A DNA stretch of 64,000 bases from Oopsacas minuta (lineage: Eukaryota > Animalia > Porifera): contig JAKMXF010000298.1 in the NCBI GenBank assembly GCA_024704765.1, positions 310,001 through 374,000 of the forward strand, written 5' to 3'. The position numbers and the translations under genes are program-made. Of this stretch, positions 55,128 through 64,000 are shown in pieces. The notes beneath the pieces are model-generated. The model was given only the letters and a program-made list of their open reading frames with translations. It was not told where the DNA came from and searched no databases. Each line of letters begins with the position of its first letter. Position 1 is the stretch's first letter.

Positions 55128-55278
55128 AAGGTTGTGATTAATATTACACATTGATTAGCTCCGATCTCATCAATTATTATTATCATTGTTTACGAATTAA
55201 ATCTTCTTCCAAATTATAAAATAGTGAATCGAGGCAGAAAAACATTTTTTGCCCAAACTGACCCATAATAGACTACTA

Positions 55279-55448
55279 CATCAGTTCTCAACCTTTTTCA
55301 CTCTTGGACCCCCTGTACTGATTTCAATACATTCTGTGGACGGTGGACCCCTCCCTAATACTGCAATACAATTTTTGAGATCCTGTGGACCCCTACTATC
55401 GTCTCTGGAACGCTAAAGGGTCCATATACCCCATGTTGTGAAACGCTG
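55279..55448. mobile_element. hAT/Charlie-like MITE, degenerate
   Basis: CATCAGTTCTCAACCTTTTTCACTC...ACATTCTGTGGA...TGCAATACAATT...GAGATCCTGT...GAAACGCTG matches 48433-48592. Confidence 0.7.
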
Positions 55449-55597
55449 CAATAGTAATTAAAAATTCTCTGTCTTGTGACCGCTCAAATGTACGTAACGT
55501 AAGATTCCCTATATTTGACCTCCTCCCCTATGTCACGCTCTTTGACCGTTTTGAATACAAAAACTTTGCATACTATTCCATATTCCTGTTATTTAGC

Positions 55598-58500
55598 ATG
55601 GCCAGTATAGACCAGACACAAACTCAGACACTCAATTTCTCAACACGTCCCACTCAAGCAGAACGTCCCTACGACTTCATCTATGACCCCGTACACACCC
55701 TATCAAGTGAGGTGGATTATACCCGTGCCTCCTATAAGACTCAAGCTGATCCAACTCGTATACAGAGGGTCCCAATATATAAAACCATGTTCAGCTGTCT
55801 TACACACAAACCCAAACAAACGCTACGACTCAATCAAGTTGATCCTATCCCTCCTTTTATAGCTAGAGGATGGAGAGGACAGATGAATCTAGCTAGAGAA
55901 CAGCTGGCCTACGTCACTAAAACTAACTATATGCCTGATGTACAGATCCCAGAGAAATCTCACCAGGTTGCTCAGGTAATATGAAGACACATATGACGTC
56001 ACTATGAATTTTTATATCTTATTCCACGAATTTAGGTTGAAGGGCTGGATCGCTACAAGTTCTTCCGGCGCCCAATAATACCATTTCTCCAGAAGCTACC
56101 TCCTTATGTGGTCCTTGCACCTGTGTCCCGACCAGAGGCTGAAATGGCTACAGCTGTTCCCGCTGTGATGGAGGGACCACCTACTACAAAGACAATACAC
56201 ACACAGACGGATTATAGAGAGAGTGAGACACAGACTGATCCCTGGTCTTCTGAATACGTCTTACAGCCAGGTTTCTATTCATAATAATACCACGTTTTTA
56301 CGATATTTCCTGGATTTTCAAATTTTCTAGGATTTCTCGTTAATCCCCCTATTCAACCCGAAATATCCAAGAATATAGAAAATGGGAAATTTCCCGAGGT
56401 TTCAATACTTTCCACTGGATAAAATAAGACGTGAATCCGGGTATGAGATACATCAAATATGCTGTTAATATATTAGGTACTCAGCCAGAGCTATTGTCAA
56501 TTGCTCACCTATGCTGGAACAAGGGTCTTCCTGGGAGACTAGCTGAGGTAGAAATGGTAGAGAGAGCTAGAGCTAAGCGTGCATGGGAAAAGACGCTTCC
56601 TTCACTGAGTGACGTCACACAATTACAGCAGAGATTAAAGATGATGCAGGAACAGGAGGCTAAGGAATGGGCATGGAGGGAAGGGGAAATTCAGAAAACA
56701 CAGAAAGAACGTTTGGTGGTGAGTAAGAACATTACAAATCTCCGAGGGTGATCACTGGATACTCATGACAACCTATGGTTATCCGGTAGAGCCCCAGCAA
56801 TTTGTATTTACAAAGATTAACATGATGACGTCATATCCTCCTCGTAACCACGTTTTGAAATGTCTTTCTATATCAGGTTCTAAAGAAGATGCTACAACAG
56901 AGGGAAAGTGACATAACAGCTATCAATGATAAACGACTGGAACATCTCTGGAATAAGAAACAAGCAGAGAAAGATAGACAAGTAAAACAGCTGAGAACGA
57001 AGCATGTCAAAGCTCTGAGGAAACTGAATGAAAAGAGAAAGCATGTAGAAGGTAAGCTGAAAAGGCGTGATGTTATAAATGAATATTTTGACCATGGATC
57101 ACAAGTGTATGCACCTCAAACACGTATTGGACAGTTCATGGATATTCGATCTGAACAATTCAAGGTTGGTTTCTACCCACTATATCCAATAAATTTTGTA
57201 TGGGGTATACTGTAGATAGGAACAAGAATCAACGAACAAATTCAACCGTAGTACAGCACTCATATGTTTAACATGATCAGTCGCTAATATATTAATGATT
57301 ATCTAATTCCAAAGGTAAGAAGCAAACATCTGAACACATATGCAGGGCTCAACGAGATGGAGATAACTCTACCACGCGGTGCTCTACATCCCAAAACAAG
57401 AGCTCCTGAAAAAGACACTATGCCATTCGGATCTAAGGCCAACAGAGAGGAGAGGAGAGCTAAGGTTAGAACTGTTAATAAGCTTGCCTAAGTTTACAGT
57501 GTACGTATTTTGGGTTAATCAGTATGAACGCAAAGAGAGTAAGAGACCCTGGGAATCTATACTACAATAGTTTTCAAATGTAAAATATTAAATTCTTCAA
57601 ATTCAATTAACTAACAGGGAATGCAACAAAATTTGATATCATCACTGAAATCGGCCAAATTATTTTCGCAGTGAAAATATAATATCACTGTAATTAGATT
57701 CTGGACAGCGTACATGATGAGATTCAGAGGGAGAGAGAGCTTAAAATGAACCCAGAACCTCCTAAACCTCTCCGTCTCTTAGAGAAGGTAGAGAAACCGA
57801 TACCCAGACCTCCTACACCTACGATAGACGCACCAGATGAGGGAATAGAAGAGGAAGAATTAAGTATTGTACTGATACAACAGCTCCTGAGAGGTAGGTC
57901 AGTACAACTAAAGATGAAAGAAGGGAAGAGAAGACGATTAGAGTTGATCAGAGAACTGAGAGCTAGTCATGCCCTGCAGGAGGCTGAGCAGAAATTGAAA
58001 TCAGAGGAGAAGAAGCAGGTATACTTTATTTTTACCGTACAGTCAACTCCCGTTATGTCGAAATAACCTGTTTATATCCAAATCTGAATTGTTGTACAAA
58101 TATTGTCCCAAACCGTCATAGTAATATAAATTCCACCGATTATTGAACTCCAGTTATATCCAAGTAATTATCGCAGTCCTTTAAGCTTCGATAAAACAGG
58201 AGTTGACTGTATTTTAATATTCAATATAATGTTTAATGGGAATTTATGAAGCATCCAAAATGCAGGTGCTTATATAATCCTCTAAAATCTCTTATTAGTT
58301 GATTATATTTGTTAGATCGAGTTATTACAAAAGACAGAAGAGTCAACAAAGCGCAAGGCTTCCTTACTACAAGCTGGATTAGAAATACAAACCATGGATG
58401 AGCTGGGATGTCAGCTCGATTTCCTCAGCAAAGAATTAGTACGACTACAAGAAGAAAGGAGAATACAAGCATTTGTAATGCTAGCAGAGAGAGAAAGGAG

Positions 58501-59092
58501 AATGAGGGAAGCTGAGGAAAGTGGAAGGAGACAGACAGAGGAGAGGAGACGCAGAACCGAAGATGAGATGATTAAACAGATAATGAAGGTACATCAGAAT
58601 ACAGTAGATAGTTATCTTGAGGATATAATTATGTCATCAGTAAATGAAACAGCTGATGAGAAGGCTAGAGAGAGAATACAACAGCTGTCTAAGCAGGTAA
58701 TACATTATGTACAGAAAGCATAGATTATTAATTGTATTCAAGGCTATTCGGCTAAATATAACTATTCCCAAAATAAAATATCAATTTTCTCGTTTTAGAT
58801 AACAATAAATTATTTGGATATTCTGATCCCTTATAAATATACTTTATAGGTAAATCAAACAGCACACGAGTTCGAGAAAGATCGCAGTGACCTAGACGGA
58901 TCAGAGCTTGTAGCAGATCTACTACACACATTCCTCCTTCCTGAGGTAGAGAAATTCACGATTAGAGAGAGAGTACGTCTGTCTCAAAGGAAACATTTAG
59001 TAGCAGCACATCAAGCACTGTATGGAGAAACTAAGGAAATAATGGATGAAGAGTATGACGTGGTAACCCGAGATGAAAATCAAGTGATTTGA
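55598..59092 (+). CDS. CFAP91: Cilia- and flagella-associated protein 91 (MAATS1/AAT-1), multi-exon
   Basis: RPYDFIYDP, RVPIYKTMFS, DPIPPFIARGWRG, RYKFFRRP, TQTDYRESETQTDPW, KGLPGRLAEVEMVERAR, LIQQLLRGR and FLSKELVRLQEERRIQAF. Stop at 59090-59092. Confidence 0.92.
58040..58209. mobile_element. MITE family A with TA TSD in a CFAP91 intron
   Basis: TA-CAGTCAACTCCCGTTATGTCGAA ... TTCGATAAAACAGGAGTTGACTG-TA. Confidence 0.85.
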
Positions 59093-59492
59093 CATCCCGC
59101 ACTTACAAAACTGTGTTGAGTGTATGTACACATGCGAATTTTCACACCTTTGAAAGTAATACATGTGCTCTACATATCATTTATGTATTATTGTCAATTT
59201 ATTATTTGATTATTTATCTCAATATTTGGGTATTTTTCCAATTACAGTACAACCTCGATAAACGGTAAAATTTACAACTTGCAATTCCATGAAAAGTTCA
59301 TTTGACGTTAGTCATAGGATTACGTCATTATATTTGTGGAAAAAAAAGCTATAATTTTCACATAAACTCAAAGGAAAATCGATAATAGGCTAATACAATA
59401 TTTAATATTAACAAACAATACTATATACTATAGATCTAGCAAAAAAATTATTATTTTAAATAAGAACATTTATCTAATACAGTAGTTGAAAT

Positions 59493-62196
59493 ATGGATTA
59501 TGAACGTGTACTGTTAGTGAAACCTACTGTATCTGTGTTTCTGAATATCCCTTCAAGTGGAGGAGGAAGAGGACACAGGTTAGTATAATATAGTAATAAT
59601 TATTAACGATTTCCCTTAAGCCATTCAAATGTTAACTGTTTCTGCCCAATTCTCCGTTTAAGAGGCTTTTGTATGGACTAGGTATTCGCGCGATTGATTT
59701 TTCAATCAGTTCCAGAAGTTCCCCGTGTGTGGAGTTCACGCCATACAAATTATATTATATAAATATTTATGTTTGTGAGTACGTAGGGCAGATCATTGGG
59801 ACCTTACAAAGCCTTCTTGGGTAGGAAGAATTAGGTTATGTACGTATGGACCTAAATGTGTTATCAAACTAGAAGAAAAGACTTCAGGTAATATACAAGA
59901 TTCATAATAATATTCCGTACGGTTTTTATTGTGTTTGTTAGGTGAACTATTCGCTGAGTGTCCAGTAGACAGCTATCCATCTACTACTATTGATCCTGTT
60001 ATTGATAGCAGTAGGTATTTTGTGGTGAAGATCGTTAATGGAATGGGTAAGTTAATTCACTTCTGTATATTTTACAAAACAATTCAGAGACTATACCGAT
60101 TAAGCTTGGGCATCCAGTTAATCGGGTCAAAATGGCCTGGTCCCGAAGTGGCCCTATTAATCGTAGCCTACTGTATGCTAGCTCCATGTACGGTGTATAT
60201 ATATACAGTCAGGGGACAAAAGTATTCGACCACACAAATATATTGTCATAAATTGTATACTCTTTCCCGCTCCTATATATTGTGTAGTCTATATTCGTAG
60301 CTGCTATCTAGTAATTTGTATAGAATAACATATGTTTTCAAGAATTTCAAAAAAATATTTTAGATTGACACTTTCTGAAGGTGTTAATTATTAATAATTA
60401 TTAATAATTATTAGATAATTATTGATAATCAAAATATGTGGTAATTCAAAACCTATTAAGAATCTATAATTTCTGACTTGATATTTGAATTCTACGTAGG
60501 CGAGTTACCCCAGATTGAAATTTCCAATCGGATTGAACAATTTTTACCAGAGTTATAGATGAATTTCAATTTTGTGCCATTTGTGCCACCTTTTGCCCAA
60601 GGTGGCACAAGTGGCCGCTACCAAGAGGTTATTTTGGAATTCAAGGGTTAGCATAGTCATATCATTCGAAAATATTACTTCGACTTATTCCTCCTAACCC
60701 TAGTTGATTTCCTTGTAGTGGCGCTTTTTCCTGCCACCTGTGCCACTTTTTGAAAAAGTGGCACAAGTGGGACAAATTGAAATTCTTTTATAACTCTGGT
60801 AAAATTGTTCAATCCGATTGGAAATTTCAATCTGGGGTAACTCGCCTACGTAGAATTCAAATATCAAGTCAGAAATTATAGATTCTTAATAGGTTTTGAA
60901 TTACCACATATTTTGATTATCAATAATTATCTAACAATTATTGATAATTAACACCTTCAAAAAGTGTCAATCTAAAATATTTTTTTGAAATTCTTGAAAA
61001 ACATATGTTATTCTATACAAATTAGTAGATAGCAGCTACGAATATAGACTACACAATATATAGGAGCGGGAAAGAGTATACAATTTATGACAATATATTT
61101 GTGTGGTCGAATACTTTTGTCCCTTGACTGTATATAATCTTTAGAACATGCATTTGTTGGAATGGGATTTGATGATAGAGCTGATTCATTCGATTTACGA
61201 GTTACATTACAAGAACATTTTAGGTAAATATTAAAGCTATAATCGTGTCTCATTATACTTAATTATATTTAAATTTATTGTGTAAAGGCAAATACAGAAA
61301 GAACTTGAAATAAAACAAGAAGAAGATTGTCCTATACCTTCAAAAGATTATAGCCTTAAAGAAGGACAGTCAATTAGAATAGAGTTTAAGGTTAATAACT
61401 TGCGTTGATGGAAATAGTCGTGGTGAATGGTCTCACGGAAAAAATTCTTCGTTGTTCTAGTTCATTTTGAGAAACTCCTGACTTGGTTGGAGTGGGGATT
61501 ACTCTGGTCCGCGACGAATCTTCAGCAGGCCAATTTACCTGTGACCAACTTTCTACTATTTGATTACTTGTTTGTTTACCATTCGCTTCGGTGATTTATA
61601 TATTACGTATTATGATAGGGATTTAAGAAAACAACAACAGACGAGGATACAACCAAACAAGAACCTGTAAAAGTTGGTACAGCAGGTAAGGTATTCTCGT
61701 ATTATGTTAATGCATATGTATGGCTAATGTATAATTTACATCTGTATAATATTTTGTAGTTAAAATGAGTGGTGGAATGATACTACCACCTCCTACAGCT
61801 AAGAAGATAACTACACCTCAACAAGTACAATCACAACCTAAGAGTATACCTGCTCCACTTATATCATCAGATAACAAGTTAGTAGAATACAATTTTAAAG
61901 TTTAATAATAGTAGCAAATTGGAACAAAATTGCAATGATTGAGATACAGTCAACTTCCGTTATACTGAAGCTCAAGGAACCGCAATAATGACTGCGATAT
62001 AACCGATTATATATATGTTACTTCAACGGTTTGTGACCATATTTGTACAATTTCAGACTTCGATCTAAGCGGGTGTTTCGATCTAACGGGGAGTTGACTG
62101 TACTTATTTGACTAATATATTTATTCTAGAACTCAAGCTAAACCAGATGAAGATCCTTTCCAGGTTGATTCAGGAAGTGCATGGGTTAAGTTCTGA
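59493..62196 (+). CDS. NECAP: Adaptin ear-binding coat-associated protein, multi-exon
   Basis: MDYERVLLVKP, GELFAECPVD, DSSRYFVVKI, AFVGMGFDDRADSFD, DYSLKEGQSIRI, LPPP and C-terminal WVKF* (WxxF AP-2-binding motif). Confidence 0.93.
60206..61130. mobile_element. 925-bp Tc1-type foldback element with long inverted arms (about 385 bp) and TA TSD, in NECAP intron 3
   Basis: TA-CAGTCAGGGGACAAAAGTATTCGACCACAC ... GTGTGGTCGAATACTTTTGTCCCTTGACTG-TA. Arms about 60206-60593 and 60753-61130 are near-perfect reverse complements. Confidence 0.92.
61947..62100. mobile_element. MITE family A with TA TSD in the last NECAP intron
   Basis: TA-CAGTCAACTTCCGTTATAC ... CGATCTAACGGGGAGTTGACTG-TA. Confidence 0.85.
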
Positions 62197-62521
62197 ATCT
62201 TTACAGCATTGAAGAATTGTAATATATTAATAAGCTATTTTTAGCATACAGTTCTTAGAGATGATTATTGCATTGTTATTATTATAATGGTACACACGTA
62301 TATTGAATTGTTCTTTTAATTATGATCTTGGCTATTATTTATCAATAATTTGGTAAGGAAGAATATGCTATTACGTATTATATCTAAATATGACATTACA
62401 ATAAACAGGAAATAACTAAAAGGTTTGACTACATTTGAAGTCTCGTTTTATAGTCAAATTTTTCAGAAATTTCCGCCCTAAGTTCCACGTTTTGTGCAAT
62501 AATTCCGAGTTTCACTTTATA

Positions 62522-62664
62522 CAGTGGAACCTGCATAAACCGACATCTGTACCCTGTACAATCCGTAAGACCTCTATAATCCGAAACTGTTTCTGATATG
62601 AAATAGCTTCCGACAATACACATTCACCCGCTTAATCCGATGTCGGTTTATGCAGGTTCCACTG
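62522..62664. mobile_element. 143-bp pogo/Tigger-type MITE with perfect 26-bp TIRs and TA TSD
   Basis: TA-CAGTGGAACCTGCATAAACCGACATC ... GATGTCGGTTTATGCAGGTTCCACTG-TA. Confidence 0.92.
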
Positions 62665-62915
62665 TAAGTGAGCATACAAGTTTATCCACGGGCAGGCCAA
62701 ATCATTGAAAACATAGATTTCTATGTTCAGGCTTACAGAAATATTTTAAAATAATAATTGGAAAATTGTGTATTTAAGCAAAAACAGCTAAAATATAGAA
62801 AATATAGAAGAAAAACTTCCCACAAACAGCAGGCAAGCTAGTAATCAAAGATACAAACAATATTGTTTCAAATAGTCACTACACAACAAAAAAACAAAAA
62901 TACAAACTACAATAT

Positions 62916-64000
62916 CTATTTCCCAGTTTTCTTGTATACACTATTCACTTTTCTATTCTTACCATTCGCGACCTTATGATTTTGAGTTATCAAATCCAAT
63001 TGAGCTTGTGCTAATAGAAATTCCTCATCAGGGGGTATACTATTAAGTGTATAGACAATACACAATACAGATAGTGCGAGGATTATTATGAATATCAGCG
63101 TATAAGGATTTGAAGTTCGTTCCTCAGTAGCTGTAATTCTTTTCAAAGCTAGGTCTGATAATTCAAAGCTAGGATTAAGTCTGTGTGCATGATCATAGTG
63201 TATACGAGCTTCTTGTAGCTTGCCCATTGATTCTAGTACCTACAATAGTTCAACAACTGTACAATGAAACTATGTTTATACGAACACAGTTAATACGAAT
63301 TCCACTGTAATTAGTATTTGGGATCGTCCGAATATTACTGAATATGTTTAATGGCTTGTTTCGGTATACAGTAGAGTTCTCTTATTAGCACGTCATATTT
63401 TGTACAAATAGCCCTTGCTATTAGAAGGATTATTTCCAATACACTCGTAGCTATATGTACAGAAAAAAATTGCTATTCTTACCTCTCCAAGTGTGAAGTG
63501 CTGTAACCATGAATTCTGTTCAGGAGATTGTACTTGTAAGGATATCTTAGCCAGATAAGCTGCATCATTCTGATAGTTAAGGTTATATAGAACTCTAGCT
63601 AGATTCAGTAGTACATCTGCATTATCAGTTTTACGTGAAAGAGCTTTACGAAAGCATTCAATAGCTAGATACGTGTTACCACGGATTCTCCAGTAGTTAC
63701 CTACTTGATTCAGTATATTGCTGGTTAGCGGTTTCTATAAGAAGTATAAGTTTCAATTAATCGTTAAATTTAGTATACCCTACAAAACATGTGAATAGCT
63801 CCTTGATTGGCCCAACATCCCTAGATGTGGTTAATAATATTTAAATAATATAATTTACTCTTTTCATTTCTTCCTTAAGATTCCTCTCAACTTTTCGTAA
63901 AGTTTCTTCATTACTTTCAAGAGAGTTTTCTTTCTTAAATATCATAATCACGTCAGGTTCAGGATAAGGAGGATGTTCTCTGCGCTTTTTAACACCTTCC
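62916..64000 (-). CDS. TPR-repeat protein (TTC17-like) with a C-terminal transmembrane helix; 5' part lies beyond the window
   Basis: ILNQVGNYWRIRGNTYLAIECFRKAL and DVLLNLARVL (about 63736-63481); last exon with a TPR, then TM YTLIFIIILALSVLCIVY. Confidence 0.75.

Noticed and set aside
60644-60703. GGGTTAG and CTAACCC telomere-like words in the foldback spacer
   Set aside because: Single units only, explained by the element's inverted symmetry; not an interstitial telomere array
59929-61253. ORFs 59929-60300 and 61008-61253 as a transposase or separate genes
   Set aside because: The first is NECAP exon 3 read through into the intron and foldback arm; the second is the mirror arm read antisense. 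Neither has a DDE motif.

Overview
AT-rich, gene-dense eukaryotic (non-bilaterian-looking metazoan) window with GT-AG introns. No rRNA, tRNA or CRISPR array was seen. About 22 protein-coding loci in order: PTPN3/4-type FERM-PDZ-PTP (partial, -), degenerate macrodomain (-), ULK/TBK1-like kinase with a C-terminal FIP200/Atg11-like Claw (-), SEPT6-group septin, RANBP9/10, frameshifted NHL-repeat gene, SCP2/SCPx, SZRD1 (-), PEX7, POP5, CK1-gamma (-), CHTF18 (-), nanos, HEAT-repeat protein (-), GTF2H5 (-), VAMP (-), HMGCL (-), DYRK1 (-), SMC3, CFAP91, NECAP and a TTC17-like TPR gene (partial, -). Many genes that are intron-rich in other animals are single-exon here. The longer introns and intergenic gaps are filled with non-autonomous Tc1/mariner-pogo and hAT MITEs, and no transposase is present. 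Compactness, intron paucity and gene content suggest a sponge such as a glass sponge (inference only). Top candidate for a novel system: the intronless 778-aa kinase at 7176-9512, which appears to join an Atg1/ULK-TBK1 hybrid kinase, a ubiquitin-like domain, a helical scaffold and a FIP200-type Claw cargo-receptor-binding domain in one polypeptide. Also notable: a 925-bp Tc1-type foldback filling a NECAP intron, a decayed tyrosine-kinase relic antisense in a DYRK1 intron, and a macrodomain with eroded ligand-binding loops. All homology calls come from recalled family motifs, not from database searches.
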